The notes: generated by a model not told the origin, from the sequence alone. A stretch of DNA of 64,000 nt from Alphaproteobacteria bacterium (GCA_963555825.3 CAUVXB020000001.1:768001-832000); one strand, 5' to 3'. Shown: positions 50,886-63,351, counted from the stretch's first letter. Numbers and translations: made by a program.

Positions 50886-50967
50886 GGCGCCAGCGTAGCG
50901 TCTCGATGCGTGGAGTCCAGACGTGTAAGCTGCCGCCACGAACCGAATTCATCACCGGGAGGACCCC

Positions 50968-51456
50968 ATGGCGAACAAGCCACCCATCGTCAACTTCGCC
51001 GAGGCCAAGCGCCAGACCTTCGGTCACGGCGAGGCGTTCAAGGCGACCACCGCACGCATCGGCGCCGAGCTCGGCGTCGAACAGATCGGCTGCACCCTGG
51101 TCGAGCTCGAGCCCGGCAAGCGCGCCTGGCCCTACCACCTGCACTACGCCGAGGAGGAAATGTTCGTCATCCTCGAGGGTCAGGGCACGATCCGCTATGA
51201 CGGCGAGAAATACCCGGTGCGCGAGGGTGACGTGATCTTCACGCCGACCGGACCCGGCACCGCGCATCAGATCATCAATACTTCGGACGCGCCGCTGCGC
51301 TATTTGGCGCTGAGTTCGCGCGCCGACGCCGAGATCGCCGTGTATCCCGATTCGGGCAAGATCGGCGCCTATGGCAGGACCGACGACATCTTCGCGTTCC
51401 TGGCGCCCGCGAGCGCCGAGGTCGACTATTTCGATGGCGAGGACGGCGAGCCGTAG
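50968..51456 (+). CDS. Cupin domain protein
   Basis: PYHLHYAEEE, AHQ, YPDSGK; GGAGG RBS. Confidence 0.9.
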   Translation: MANKPPIVNFAEAKRQTFGHGEAFKATTARIGAELGVEQIGCTLVELEPGKRAWPYHLHYAEEEMFVILEGQGTIRYDGEKYPVREGDVIFTPTGPGTAHQIINTSDAPLRYLALSSRADAEIAVYPDSGKIGAYGRTDDIFAFLAPASAEVDYFDGEDGEP

Positions 51457-51878
51457 AGTTTCCTTGCGCGCACCTCGAAGGCCGAGACCATGCGGCGGAC
51501 GGCCTCGTTGAACAGCGCGCCGATGGCCATCTGAAGGATAGCCGAGCGGAACTCGAAGTCGACGTAGAAGTCGATCATCGTGCCGCCGTCGTCCTGGGCG
51601 ATGAAGCGCCAGTGGTTGTCGAGGCGGCGCATCGGCCCCTCGATGTATTCGACGTCGATGCGGTCGGGGCGGTCGAGCGTCACCCTCGAGGCGAAGCGCT
51701 CGCGGAACAGCTTGAAGCCGATAACCAGATCGGCGTGGATCACATCGCCCTCGCGCTTGGTGATGCGCGACGCGCGGCACCAGGGCAGGAATTCCGGATA
51801 GCGCTCGACGTCGGCGACCAGCTCGAACAGCTGGTCGGGCGTATAGGGCAGCACCCGCTGCTCGGCATGGCTGGACAT
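51426..51878 (-). CDS. ratA: RatA/PasT/Coq10 START-domain protein
   Basis: LVADVERYPEFLPWC, FEVRA. Confidence 0.9.
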   Translation of the reverse strand: MSSHAEQRVLPYTPDQLFELVADVERYPEFLPWCRASRITKREGDVIHADLVIGFKLFRERFASRVTLDRPDRIDVEYIEGPMRRLDNHWRFIAQDDGGTMIDFYVDFEFRSAILQMAIGALFNEAVRRMVSAFEVRARKLYGSPSSPSK

Positions 51879-51896
51879 GGGCGGTTATACCAAGTA

Positions 51897-52844
51897 TTAG
51901 CCGGCGGCGAGCCGCTCCTCGCGCGCGGCGCGCAGCTTCTCGAAGTCGTCGCCGGCGTGATACGACGAACGCGTCAGCGGCGACGACGAGACCATCGCGA
52001 AGCCCTTGCCGCGCGCCATCGCCGCGAAGGCCTCGAACTCGTCGGGCGTGACGAAACGCTCGATCGCGGCGTGCTTGACGGTCGGCTGCAGGTACTGGCC
52101 GATGGTCAGGAAATCAACCTGCGCCGCGCGCAGATCGTCCATTACCTGGTGAACCTCTTCCGGCGTCTCGCCGAGGCCGACCATCAGGCCCGATTTGGTG
52201 AACATCGCCGGGTCGAGCCGTTTGACCCGGTGCAACAATTCCAGGCTGGTGAAATAGCGCGCGCCGGGCCGGATCGTCGGATAGAGCCGCGGCACGGTTT
52301 CGAGGTTGTGGTTGAAGACGTCGGGCCGGGCCTGGACCACCGTCTCGATGGCGCCTTCCTTGGCCATGAAATCGGGCGTCAGCACCTCGACGGTGGTGCC
52401 GGGCGACAGCTCGCGCACGCAGCCGATCATCTCGGCGAAATGCGCGGCGCCGCCGTCGTCGAGGTCGTCGCGGTCGACGCTGGTCACCACCATGTGCACA
52501 AGCCCCAGCTTGGCCGCCACGAGACCGGTGTTGAACGGTTCCAACGGGTCGAGCGGCCCGGGCTTGCCGGTGATCACGTTGCAGAACGAGCAGGCGCGCG
52601 TGCAGGTGTCGCCCATCATCATCACGGTGGCGTGCTTCTTCTCCCAGCATTCGCCGATGTTGGGGCAGCCGGCCTCCTCGCAGACGGTGTGCAGGTTGTG
52701 CTCGCGGACGATGTCGCGGGTCTCGACGTAGCCCTTCGAGACCGGCGCCTTGACGCGGATCCAGGCGGGCTTGCGCCGAATCGGGTTGTCCGGCCGGTTG
52801 CGCTTCTCAGGATGGCGCAGCGTGACGGGCGGTGCCGTGTTCAT
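51897..52844 (-). CDS. lipA: Lipoyl synthase
   Basis: [26 protein letters not shown]. Confidence 0.97.
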   Translation of the reverse strand: MNTAPPVTLRHPEKRNRPDNPIRRKPAWIRVKAPVSKGYVETRDIVREHNLHTVCEEAGCPNIGECWEKKHATVMMMGDTCTRACSFCNVITGKPGPLDPLEPFNTGLVAAKLGLVHMVVTSVDRDDLDDGGAAHFAEMIGCVRELSPGTTVEVLTPDFMAKEGAIETVVQARPDVFNHNLETVPRLYPTIRPGARYFTSLELLHRVKRLDPAMFTKSGLMVGLGETPEEVHQVMDDLRAAQVDFLTIGQYLQPTVKHAAIERFVTPDEFEAFAAMARGKGFAMVSSSPLTRSSYHAGDDFEKLRAAREERLAAG

Positions 52845-52847
52845 GGC

Positions 52848-53388
52848 CTAGCCCGGACTTCTCACTATGGACAGGCGCGTCATCGCGTCGGGCGGTCGCC
52901 GAGCCGCCAGGAGAAGGTCGCGGACCGTGGCCCGGGCCACGGTCAAGGCCTTCGACGCCGCGGGCGGCCCGCCCGGCGCGACCCGCAGGGCGACGGATCT
53001 CGGGCGACAGGCCGCGTCAAAGCGCTTGCCCGATGCGCGAGTACTCACTTGCACGATGCCACGGTACGTAGGACGGCCGTGCGTGGTCGTCCGGCAAGGC
53101 GCCCGGCGCGCCGTGATGCTGGGCGCATCACAAGCGCCGGGCAACGCCGCCGGCGGCCGCGCAAGGCCGCCCTGCGGGTCGCGTTTCCCGTCCCCTCGGG
53201 GCGTCGGGAACGCTCTGCGATGCCACGGCATCGCCGTCACGCCCCCGACTGCCGAGGAAACGGGAAACGCGATCCTACGTGCCGTGGAATCGTGCAAGGG
53301 AGTACTGGCATCGCGCCGCACGCTTTTCCTAGCCTGTCGTCCGATATCCACCGTGCCGCACCTGTCCATAGTGAGAAGGCCGGGCTAA
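52848..53388. mobile_element. CTAG-bounded MITE-like element, type B copy 2 (541 bp, contains a nested element)
   Basis: Same TIRs and arms as 45788-46061; right end overlaps the lpdA TAG stop. Confidence 0.85.
53038..53308. mobile_element. Nested MITE-like element, type D (net 267 bp)
   Basis: TIR AGTACTC[A/C]CTTGCACGAT[G/T]CCACGG[T/C]ACGTAGGA; absent from B copy 1; core homologous to 61363-61632. Confidence 0.85.
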
Positions 53389-54788
53389 AAATGGATAATC
53401 CGGCCGTAGGCGTCAAGCACCGATTCGTGCATCATCTCCGACAGCGTCGGGTGTGGGAAGATGCTGTGCATCAGCTCGGCCTCGGTGGTCTCGAGCGTCT
53501 TGGCGACGCCGTAGCCCTGGATCAGCTCGGTCACCTCGGCGCCGATCATATGGGCGCCGAGAAGCTCTCCGGTCTTGGCGTCGAACACGGTCTTGACCAG
53601 CCCCTCGGTCTCGCCGAGCGCGATCGCCTTGCCGTTGCCGGCGAAGGGGAACTTGCCGACCTTGACCTCGTGGCCGGCCTCTCTGGCGGCCTTCTCGGTC
53701 AGGCCGACGCTCGCCACCTGCGGCATGCAGTAGGTGCAGCCCGGGATGTTCGAGACAATCAGCGGATGGACGCCGTCGAGGCCGGCGATCTTCTCGACGC
53801 AGATGATGCCTTCGTGGCTCGCCTTGTGCGCCAGCCACGGCGGGCCGACCACGTCGCCGATCGCGTAGATGCCGTCTTCGCCGGTGCGCAACCACTCGTC
53901 GACGACGATATGACCGCGGTCGACTTCGACCTTGGTGCCATCGAGCCCGAGGTCCTCGACATTGCCCGTGATACCGACGGCGAGGATGACGCGGTCGACC
54001 GTGATATTGGTCGTCTTGCCATCGCCCATGTCGATGACGGCGAGCACGTTCTTGGCCGCCTTCTGCAACGAGGTGACCGAGGCGCCGGTGTGGATCTTGA
54101 TGCCCTGTGCCTCGAACGACTTGCGCGCCAGCGCAGAGATATCCTCGTCCTCGACGGGCAGCACATTGGGCAGTATCTCGACCACGGTGACGTCGGCGCC
54201 CATGGTCCGGTAAAAGCTGGCAAACTCGATGCCGATGGCGCCCGAGCCGACGACGAGCAGCGAGGCCGGCATGGTGTCGGGCACCATCGCCTCCTTGTAG
54301 GTCCAGACGAGCTCGCCGTCGGCCTCGAGACCCGGCAGCTCGCGCGCGCGGGCACCCGACGCGAGCAAGATGTGCTTGGCGGTGAGTTCGGCGACCTCCT
54401 TGCCGTCGGCCGTGACCGCCAGCTTGCCCTTGCCGGCGAGCCGGCCATGGCCGTCGAACACCGCCACCTTGTTCTTCTTCAACAGGTGCTTGACGCCGGC
54501 CGACAGGCGCTTGGCGACGTCGCGGCTGCGCTTGACGACCTTGTCGAGGTCGAAGGCGATCTCCTTGACCGCTAGGCCGAACTCGTCGGCCCGGTGCATC
54601 AGGTGGTAGAGCTCGGCGGTGCGCAGCAGCGCCTTGGTCGGAATGCAGCCCCAGTTGAGACAGACGCCGCCGAGGTGCTCGCGCTCGACCAGCGCGACCT
54701 TGCCGCCAAGCTGGGCCGCGCGGATCGCCGTGACGTAGCCGCCCGGCCCGCCGCCGACGATGACGATATCGAAGGATGTGTCGGCCAC
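53385..54788 (-). CDS. lpdA: Dihydrolipoyl dehydrogenase
   Basis: GGGPGG, GGVCLNWGCIPTK, HPTLSE. Confidence 0.97.
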   Translation of the reverse strand: MADTSFDIVIVGGGPGGYVTAIRAAQLGGKVALVEREHLGGVCLNWGCIPTKALLRTAELYHLMHRADEFGLAVKEIAFDLDKVVKRSRDVAKRLSAGVKHLLKKNKVAVFDGHGRLAGKGKLAVTADGKEVAELTAKHILLASGARARELPGLEADGELVWTYKEAMVPDTMPASLLVVGSGAIGIEFASFYRTMGADVTVVEILPNVLPVEDEDISALARKSFEAQGIKIHTGASVTSLQKAAKNVLAVIDMGDGKTTNITVDRVILAVGITGNVEDLGLDGTKVEVDRGHIVVDEWLRTGEDGIYAIGDVVGPPWLAHKASHEGIICVEKIAGLDGVHPLIVSNIPGCTYCMPQVASVGLTEKAAREAGHEVKVGKFPFAGNGKAIALGETEGLVKTVFDAKTGELLGAHMIGAEVTELIQGYGVAKTLETTEAELMHSIFPHPTLSEMMHESVLDAYGRIIHF

Positions 54789-54800
54789 CTGAGTTTTCTC

Positions 54801-56045
54801 CTAGAGCAGCATCGAGAGCGGTTCTTCGACGTACTTCTTGAAGACGCCGAGGAACGTGGCGCCGACCGAGCCGTCGACGACGCGGTGGTCGATCGAGAGC
54901 GTGCAGCTCATGACGGTGGCGATCGACAGCGCGTTCTCCTTGACGACCGCGCGCTGCTCTCCCGCGCCGACCGCGAGGATGGCGCCCTGCGGCGGGTTGA
55001 TGACGGCGGCGAACTCCTTGATGCCGAACATGCCGAGGTTCGAGATCGAGAAGGTGCCGCCCTGGAATTCCTCGGGCGAAAGCTTGCCCTCGCGGGCGCG
55101 TTTCGCGAGGTCTTTCATCTCGTTCGAGATGGTGGCGAGCCCCTTCTGGTCGGCGCCGCGCACGATCGGCGTGATCAGCCCGTCTGGGATTGCAACGGCG
55201 ACCGAGACGTCGACGCCCCGATAGACGCGGATCGCCGCGTCGGTCCACGACGCGTTGGCCGCCGGCACGTCGCGCAGCGCCAGCGCCGCGGCGCGGATGA
55301 CGAAGTCGTTGACCGAGATCTTGTAGGCGCCCTCGCCTTCCGGGCTGCGTTCGTTGAGCGCCTTGCGCGCGGTGAGCAGCGCGTCGATCTCGCAGTCGAC
55401 GGTGAGGTAGAAATGCGGTGCGTCGCGCTTCGATTCGGCGAGCCGGCGGGCGATCACCTTGCGCATGTTCGAATTCGGCTGCTCGGTGAAGGGCGGCATG
55501 CCCGGCGCCTCGCCGACCGGCGCCGGGGCGGCGGCTGGCGCCTTCGCCGGCACGTCGCCGGCCAGTGCGCCCTCGACGTCGCGCTTGACGACACGGCCGT
55601 GCGGTCCGCTGCCGGCCAGCGCAGCGATATCGAGCCCGGCCTGCGCCGCCATGCGACGCGCCAGCGGGCTGGCGAACGTCCGCTCGCCGTCGACGCGCGG
55701 CGCGGGCGCCGCGGCAGGCGGTGGCGCCGTCGGCGTCTCGGCCTTGGCCGGCGCGGCCTTGGCCGGCGCGGCGGAGACGTCAACGATCGCAGAGGCGTCC
55801 TCGCCCTCTTCGAGCAGGATGGCGATCGGCGTGTTGACCGCGACGCCCTCGGCGCCCTCGGCGATCAGGATATTGCCCATCGTGCCTTCGTCGACGGCCT
55901 CGACCTCCATGGTCGCCTTGTCGGTCTCGATCTCGACGATGATGTCGCCGGACACGACCGCGTCGCCTTCGCTCTTGTGCCACTTGACGAGGTTCCCTTC
56001 GGTCATGGTCGGCGACAAGGCCGGCATGAGAATTTCGATCGGCAT
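54801..56045 (-). CDS. pdhC: Pyruvate dehydrogenase E2 dihydrolipoamide acetyltransferase
   Basis: ETDKA lipoyl domain, ASPLARR, DHRVVDG. Confidence 0.95.
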   Translation of the reverse strand: MPIEILMPALSPTMTEGNLVKWHKSEGDAVVSGDIIVEIETDKATMEVEAVDEGTMGNILIAEGAEGVAVNTPIAILLEEGEDASAIVDVSAAPAKAAPAKAETPTAPPPAAAPAPRVDGERTFASPLARRMAAQAGLDIAALAGSGPHGRVVKRDVEGALAGDVPAKAPAAAPAPVGEAPGMPPFTEQPNSNMRKVIARRLAESKRDAPHFYLTVDCEIDALLTARKALNERSPEGEGAYKISVNDFVIRAAALALRDVPAANASWTDAAIRVYRGVDVSVAVAIPDGLITPIVRGADQKGLATISNEMKDLAKRAREGKLSPEEFQGGTFSISNLGMFGIKEFAAVINPPQGAILAVGAGEQRAVVKENALSIATVMSCTLSIDHRVVDGSVGATFLGVFKKYVEEPLSMLL

Positions 56046-56107
56046 CTCAGTCCCTCTCGGCGGCGGCGCGGTGGCCGGCTCCGACGCGTCGCGCGTCGCT
56101 TGCTCGG

Positions 56108-57481
56108 TTACGTCCGATAACAAATCTCCCTGGCCGCGGCCGCGATACCGTCGGGCTGCGGCAGCGCCAGGATCTCGAGGTTAGCGGCATAAGGCATGGG
56201 CACGTCGACACCGGCCACGCGGGCGACCGGGGCATCGAGGTAGTCGAAGGCATGGGTCATCATTTCCGCGGCGAGCTCGGCGCCGATGCCGGCGAACGGC
56301 CAGCCTTCCTCGACCGATACCAGCCGGTTGGTCTTCATGACCGAGGCGGTCAGCGTCTCGACGTCGAGCGGTCGCAGCGTGCGCAGATCGATCACCTCGG
56401 CCTCGATGCCCTCGCCCGCCAGCGTCTCGGCCGCGTGCAACGCGTACTCGACCATGCGCGAGAACCCGGCGATCGTGACGTCGCCGCCGGCGCGCACGAC
56501 CTTGGCGCGGCCGATCGGCACGGTGAAGTCGGGATCTTCGGGCACCTCGAAGCTCTGGCCGTAGAGAATTTCGTTTTCCAGGAAGATCACCGGGTTCGGG
56601 TCGCGGATCGCCGACTTCAAGAGCCCCTTGGCGTCGCCCGCCGAATAGGGCGCGACGACCTTGAGGCCCGGGCAATGCGCGTACCAGCTCGCGTAGCATT
56701 GCGAGTGCTGGGCGGCGACCCTGGCCGCCACGCCGTTCGGCCCGCGGAAGACGATCGGACAGCGCATCTGGCCACCCGACATGTAGAGCGTCTTGGACGC
56801 CGAATTGATGATCTGGTCGATCGCTTGCATGGCGAAATTGAAGGTCATGAACTCGACGATCGGACGCAAGCCACCGAACGCTGCGCCAACGCCGAGGCCG
56901 GTGAACCCCGCCTCGGTGATCGGCGTGTCGACCACGCGCTGGGCGCCGAATTCGTCCAGCAGGCCCTGGCTCACCTTGTAGGCGCCCTGATATTCGGCGA
57001 CCTCTTCGCCGATCAGGAAGACGGCCGGATCGCCACGCATCTCCTCGGCCATGGCGTCGCGCAAGGCCTCGCGCACGGTCTGGGTGGTGGTCTTTTCGTA
57101 GAACCTATCCTCATCGCTCGCCGGTGCCGCGGCGGCCTGGGGCGGCGCCGCCGGCGCCGATGAATCGGCCCGGACGGGCGTCGCGACTGGCGCGGGTGGT
57201 TGCGCGGCGACGGGTGTGTCGAGCACCGCGCTGTCCTCGCCGTCGCCGAGCAGGATGGCGATCGGCGTGTTGACCGCGACGCCCTCGGCGCCCTCGGCGA
57301 TCAGGATCTTGCCCATCGTGCCTTCGTCGACGGCCTCGACCTCCATGGTCGCCTTGTCGGTCTCGATCTCGACGATGATGTCGCCCGCCGTAACGGTGTC
57401 GCCGACGCTCTTGTGCCATTTCGCAACGTTGCCCTCGGTCATCGTCGGCGACAGCGCGGGCATGAGAATTTCTATCGGCAT
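56108..57481 (-). CDS. pdhB: Pyruvate dehydrogenase E1 beta subunit with N-terminal lipoyl domain
   Basis: [30 protein letters not shown]. Confidence 0.96.
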   Translation of the reverse strand: MPIEILMPALSPTMTEGNVAKWHKSVGDTVTAGDIIVEIETDKATMEVEAVDEGTMGKILIAEGAEGVAVNTPIAILLGDGEDSAVLDTPVAAQPPAPVATPVRADSSAPAAPPQAAAAPASDEDRFYEKTTTQTVREALRDAMAEEMRGDPAVFLIGEEVAEYQGAYKVSQGLLDEFGAQRVVDTPITEAGFTGLGVGAAFGGLRPIVEFMTFNFAMQAIDQIINSASKTLYMSGGQMRCPIVFRGPNGVAARVAAQHSQCYASWYAHCPGLKVVAPYSAGDAKGLLKSAIRDPNPVIFLENEILYGQSFEVPEDPDFTVPIGRAKVVRAGGDVTIAGFSRMVEYALHAAETLAGEGIEAEVIDLRTLRPLDVETLTASVMKTNRLVSVEEGWPFAGIGAELAAEMMTHAFDYLDAPVARVAGVDVPMPYAANLEILALPQPDGIAAAAREICYRT

Positions 57482-57514
57482 GACGATACTCCGCGAGCCG
57501 TTTGCCAACGCTGT

Positions 57515-58525
57515 TCAGGCATCGACCAGAACGTCGGTGTAAAGCTCCGACACGTCGGGCTCGGGACTGTTCTGGGCGAACTCGGCCGACTCGGCGACGA
57601 TCGCCTTGATCTCGCGATCGATATCCTTGAAGGCGGCCTCGTCGACGCTTTTGTCGTCGATCAGGCGCTTGCGCAGCTGGTCGATCGGGTCGCGCTGGGC
57701 GCGCACCTTCTGGACCTCCTCGCGCGTCCGGTACTTGCCCGGGTCCGACATCGAGTGGCCGCGGTAACGGTAGGTGCGCAGTTCCATCAGTATCGGTCCG
57801 TTGCCGGCTCGGCAATGGGCGACCGCCGCGTCGCCCGCCTGCTTGACCGCGACGACGTCCATGCCGTCGACCTCGACGCCGGGGATGCCGAACGCGTCGC
57901 CGCGCAGGTAGAGCTCGGTGCCCGCCTTGCTGCGCGTGATCTTGGTGCCCATGGCGTACTGGTTGTTCTCGATCGCGAAGATCACCGGCAGCTTCCAGAG
58001 CGACGCCATGTTGAACGATTCGTAGACCTGACCCTGGTTGGCGGCGCCCTCGCCCAGATAGGTCACGCTGACGTTCTTCTCGCCGCGATATTTCATCGCG
58101 AAGCCGAGCCCGACGCCGAGCGGCACCTGACCACCGACGATGCCGTGCCCGCCGTAGAAATTCTTCTCGGTCGAGAACATATGCATCGAGCCGCCCTTGC
58201 CCTTGGAATAGCCGCCGCGCCGACCGGTGAGTTCGGCCATGACGCCCTTGGCATCCATGCCGCGCGCCAGCATGTGGCCGTGATCGCGATAACTCGTGAT
58301 CACCGCATCGTCGGGTCCGAGCGCGTTCTCCATGCCGACGACGACCGCCTCCTGGCCGATGTAGAGGTGACAGAAGCCGCCGATCAGCCCCATGCCGTAC
58401 ATTTGGCCGGCCTTCTCTTCGAAGCGCCGGATCAACAGCATCAACTTATAGTAGCCGAGCAGTTCGTCGGCCTTGGGTTTGGTGCTTGAACGGGCCGTCT
58501 TGGTCTTACGCTTTGGCTCGGCCAT
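57515..58525 (-). CDS. pdhA: Pyruvate dehydrogenase E1 alpha subunit
   Basis: GFCHLYIGQEA, GKGGSMH, GEGAANQGQ, YRYRGHSMSDP. Confidence 0.97.
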   Translation of the reverse strand: MAEPKRKTKTARSSTKPKADELLGYYKLMLLIRRFEEKAGQMYGMGLIGGFCHLYIGQEAVVVGMENALGPDDAVITSYRDHGHMLARGMDAKGVMAELTGRRGGYSKGKGGSMHMFSTEKNFYGGHGIVGGQVPLGVGLGFAMKYRGEKNVSVTYLGEGAANQGQVYESFNMASLWKLPVIFAIENNQYAMGTKITRSKAGTELYLRGDAFGIPGVEVDGMDVVAVKQAGDAAVAHCRAGNGPILMELRTYRYRGHSMSDPGKYRTREEVQKVRAQRDPIDQLRKRLIDDKSVDEAAFKDIDREIKAIVAESAEFAQNSPEPDVSELYTDVLVDA

Positions 58526-58688
58526 GTCTACTCCCTACTCCGCCGGCGGCGCGTCGCCGGCATGGGCTCTGCGGCCCCCCGGTATTCGATCAAAGGTACG
58601 CGCAATGCGCCGGGCTTTCAAGCTGACGCCCTGAATTTGGGATGAAGTCGGAAGATGTTTCCCAATAGTGGCCGCGATCGAATTCTTT

Positions 58689-58791
58689 CAGCCCGCGCCA
58701 ATCTAATTGGGACAAGAGGGGGCGGGCCGCCGACCGTTCGGCCAGCTTTGATTCCATAAGATTGGCATGCGTGGCGATTGAGCGCAGGTCA
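58689..58791 (-). repeat. Structured intergenic repeat family A, copy 2
   Basis: Homologous to 24428-24549. Confidence 0.85.
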
Positions 58792-58823
58792 TCTTCACGA
58801 AGTGAAGGTGACCGCACAAATTC

Positions 58824-59153
58824 CTAGAACCTCGGCGCGGTGGGTTCGTCGAAGATGACCAGGTCGTCGGGGTGCGCGAGGTTCAAGACGTCGCGCGCGC
58901 GTTCGTCCAGCAGGTCCGGGTCGAGGCCGTCGCCGCGCATCAGCGCGACGCGGTGCGCCAGCTTGCGCTCATCGCCACGGCTCAAGGCCAGGGCGGTCTG
59001 GGTCTGCTCGATCTGCTGGGAAAGCTGAAGCCAGGTGACGAGACCACGCTCGCCCTGGATGGCGTGGAAGCCGATGTACACGACCAGACAGGTCGCGAGA
59101 AGCGGCGCCGCTATGTCCCGCGCACGTTGGGCAATTTCTTCAGAAAACGCCAT
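58824..59153 (-). CDS. ftsB: Septum formation initiator (FtsB/DivIC family)
   Basis: TM helix, GERG, coiled coil, LDPDLLDERAR; eno-ftsB-pdhA synteny. Confidence 0.88.
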   Translation of the reverse strand: MAFSEEIAQRARDIAAPLLATCLVVYIGFHAIQGERGLVTWLQLSQQIEQTQTALALSRGDERKLAHRVALMRGDGLDPDLLDERARDVLNLAHPDDLVIFDEPTAPRF

Positions 59154-59221
59154 AAGCCCAGTGAATCACGAGAGATTCCTGCCGGTCAATCAAAAAATTT
59201 CAGGCTGACCCGCCGCCGTCG

Positions 59222-60489
<1,268 letters not shown>

Positions 60490-60520
60490 AAACGGCCCCT
60501 CGCTCCTTGGATCAGCGGTT

Positions 60521-61351
60521 TTATCCGCTCTTGGTCAATCGGTCGAGCGCGACGAGGCGCGCCAGCAGTGTCGGCAGCTCGGCGATCGGCACCATGTTGG
60601 GGCCGTCGCTCGGCGCGCTGTCGGGATCCTGGTGCGTCTCCATGAAGACGGCGGCGACGCCCACGGCGACCGCGGCGCGCGCCAAGACCGGCACGAACTT
60701 GCGCTGGCCGCCGCTACGCCCGCCTTGGCCGCCCGGCTGCTGCACCGAGTGGGTCGCGTCGAAGACGACCGGGCAACCGGTCTCGGCGAGCACCGGCAGC
60801 GAGCGCATATCCGAGACCAGCGTGTTGTAGCCGAAGCTCGCGCCGCGCTCGCACACCATGACGTTGCGGTTACCCGCCTGCTCGGCCTTGGCGACGACAT
60901 TGACCATGTCCCAGGGCGCCAGGAACTGGCCTTTCTTGATGTTGAGCGGCCGGCCGGTCTCGGCGGCGGCGACGATCAGGTCGGTCTGGCGGCACAGGTA
61001 GGCGGGAATCTGCAGCACGTCGACGGCCTCGGCAACAGCCGCGCACTGGTCGGGCAAGTGAACGTCGGTGATCACCGGACAGCCGACCGCCTCGCGCACC
61101 TCGGCCAGGATAGCGAGGCCCTTGACCATGCCGATGCCGCGCGGGCTCTCCAGGCTGGTCCGGTTCGCCTTGTCGAAGGAGCTTTTGTAGATCAGGCCAA
61201 TGCCCTGGGCCGCCGCGATCCCGGCCAGCGCCTCGGCCGTCTCGAGCGCATGGGCGCGGCTCTCGATGGCGCAGGGTCCGGCGATCAACGTGAGCGGCCG
61301 GTCGTTGCCGATGCTGAGATCGCCGACGGCGACGTGTCGCGGCTCGGTCAT
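60521..61351 (-). CDS. kdsA: KDO8P synthase
   Basis: [35 protein letters not shown]. Confidence 0.96.
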   Translation of the reverse strand: MTEPRHVAVGDLSIGNDRPLTLIAGPCAIESRAHALETAEALAGIAAAQGIGLIYKSSFDKANRTSLESPRGIGMVKGLAILAEVREAVGCPVITDVHLPDQCAAVAEAVDVLQIPAYLCRQTDLIVAAAETGRPLNIKKGQFLAPWDMVNVVAKAEQAGNRNVMVCERGASFGYNTLVSDMRSLPVLAETGCPVVFDATHSVQQPGGQGGRSGGQRKFVPVLARAAVAVGVAAVFMETHQDPDSAPSDGPNMVPIAELPTLLARLVALDRLTKSG

Positions 61352-61362
61352 CCGAATATCCC

Positions 61363-61632
61363 CTAGTGGATAGAGTCCAACATGTGGCACCCATACGATC
61401 CCATATCCCGGTTTCTCGGCAGGAGAGCGCGCGCCGGCGATGCCGAAGCATCGGCAAGGGTGTTCGACGCCCCGAGAAGCCGGGATATGGGACCCGCAGG
61501 GCGGCGTCCCAAGGCCGCCGGACGCGTTGCCCGATGCTTGTGATGCTCCAGCATCACCGCACATCGGGCGCCTTTCCGGGCGACCTTGGGACGCCGTCGT
61601 ATGGGCACCATATGTTGGATTCTATCCACTAG
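61363..61632. mobile_element. CTAG-bounded MITE-like element, type C (270 bp)
   Basis: 36-bp TIR (32/36) CTAGTGGATAGA.TCCAACAT.TGG..CCCATACGA; right CTAG is the pyrG stop. Confidence 0.88.
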
Positions 61633-63257
61633 ACCAAGCGCGACTGCTCGACCGCCGCGCCGATGAACGAAGCGAACAGCGGATGCGGCTCGAACGGCCT
61701 CGACTTCAGCTCGGGGTGAAACTGGACGCCAATGAACCACGGGTGATCGGGAATCTCGACGATCTCGGGCAGCACGCCGTCGGGCGACATGCCGGAGAAC
61801 ACCAGACCGACCGCCTCGAGCCGCGGCAGGTAGTTGATGTTCACCTCGTAGCGGTGGCGGTGGCGCTCGCTGATCTCGAGCCCATCGTAGATCTCGGCTA
61901 CCCGGCTGCCGGGCTTCAGGTTGCAATCATAGGCGCCGAGCCGCATGGTGCCGCCCAGGTCGTCGTTGGTCGTACGGGTCTCGCGCACACTGCCGCGCAT
62001 CCATTCGGTAAGCAGGCCGACGACCGCCTCGTCGCTGGGTCCGAATTCGGTCGACCCCGCCTTGGGCATGCCGGCCAAATTGCGCGCCGCCTCGATGACC
62101 GCCATCTGCATGCCGAAACAGATGCCGAAATACGGGATGCGCCGTTCGCGCGCGAAGCTCGCCGCCGCCACCTTGCCCTCGGCGCCGCGCTCGCCGAAGC
62201 CGCCCGGCACGAGGATCGCGTCGACCTCGCGCAGTTCGTGCACGGCGCCGTCCGATTCGAAGATCTCGGCGTCGATCCACTCGGTGCGCACGCGCGTATT
62301 GTTGGCGATGCCGCCGTGGGTGAGCGCCTCGGCAAGCGACTTGTAGGCATCGACCAGGCCGGTGTACTTGCCGACCACGGCGATGTTGACCTCGCCTTCC
62401 GGCTCGCGGATGCGGCGGACGATATCGTGCCAACGCGTCAGTTCGGGTTCCTTGGCGTCGTCGATGCCGAAGCGCGCCAGCACCTGCACGTCGAGGCCCT
62501 CGCCGTGATAGGTCAGCGGCGCCTCGTAGATCGTCGAGACGTCGAGCGCCTGGATCACCGCTTCGGCGCGCACGTTGCAGAACAGCGCGATCTTCTTGCG
62601 TTCGGTCTCGGGGATCTCCATCACCGATCGGCACAGCACGATGTCGGCCTGGATGCCGATGCTGCGCAGCTCCTTGACCGAGTGCTGGGTCGGCTTGGTC
62701 TTCAGCTCGCCGACCGCATCGAGGTACGGCAGCAAGGTGACGTGGATAAAGCAGGAATCGTTCCTCGGCAGCTCATTCGATAGCTGCCGGATCGCCTCGA
62801 GAAATGGCAGGCTTTCGATGTCGCCGACCGTGCCGCCGATCTCGCACAGGATGAAGTCGTCCTCGTCGCTGTCGGCGAGGATGAATTCCTTGATCGCGTC
62901 GGTGACATGCGGGATCACCTGTACCGTGCCGCCCAGATAGGCGCCGCGCCGCTCGCGCGTCAACACCGTCTGATAGATGCGGCCGCTGGTGACGTTGTCG
63001 CTGCGTCGGGCCGAAACACCGGTGAAGCGTTCGTAGTGCCCCAGATCGAGGTCGGTCTCGGCGCCGTCGTCGGTGACGAACACCTCGCCGTGCTGATAGG
63101 GACTCATGGTGCCCGGGTCGACGTTGAGGTAGGGGTCGAGCTTGCGCAGCCGGACGCGATAACCGCGCGCCTGCAGCAGCGCGCCGAGCGCCGCCGAAGC
63201 CAAACCCTTGCCAAGCGAGGAAACCACACCGCCGGTAATGAACACGTACCGCGCCAT
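61629..63257 (-). CDS. pyrG: CTP synthase
   Basis: [32 protein letters not shown]. Confidence 0.98.
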   Translation of the reverse strand: MARYVFITGGVVSSLGKGLASAALGALLQARGYRVRLRKLDPYLNVDPGTMSPYQHGEVFVTDDGAETDLDLGHYERFTGVSARRSDNVTSGRIYQTVLTRERRGAYLGGTVQVIPHVTDAIKEFILADSDEDDFILCEIGGTVGDIESLPFLEAIRQLSNELPRNDSCFIHVTLLPYLDAVGELKTKPTQHSVKELRSIGIQADIVLCRSVMEIPETERKKIALFCNVRAEAVIQALDVSTIYEAPLTYHGEGLDVQVLARFGIDDAKEPELTRWHDIVRRIREPEGEVNIAVVGKYTGLVDAYKSLAEALTHGGIANNTRVRTEWIDAEIFESDGAVHELREVDAILVPGGFGERGAEGKVAAASFARERRIPYFGICFGMQMAVIEAARNLAGMPKAGSTEFGPSDEAVVGLLTEWMRGSVRETRTTNDDLGGTMRLGAYDCNLKPGSRVAEIYDGLEISERHRHRYEVNINYLPRLEAVGLVFSGMSPDGVLPEIVEIPDHPWFIGVQFHPELKSRPFEPHPLFASFIGAAVEQSRLV

Positions 63258-63351
63258 GGGTCTCTAGACTATCACAGTCGGATGAGCTCCGAAAGTGACA
63301 GAGGCGGCGCCGAGGCCACCTCCGACAACTTTCTCGGATATCATCGGGCGA

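Noticed and set aside
51426-51878. RatA as a toxin-antitoxin toxin
   Set aside because: No RatB partner; the lipA-adjacent Coq10-like gene is a standard housekeeping arrangement.
51612-54575. 987-aa + strand ORF, and similar long ORFs such as 54594-56120, 27079-28284 and 61440-62783
   Set aside because: Antisense shadows of lipA, lpdA, pdhC, groEL and pyrG caused by high-GC codon bias.
55810-57481. Near-identical DNA at the starts of pdhB and pdhC
   Set aside because: Duplicated lipoyl domains are normal for alphaproteobacterial PDH.
60521-61564. 71-aa N-terminal extension of KdsA
   Set aside because: The extension lies in element C; the family-typical start is ATG 61351.
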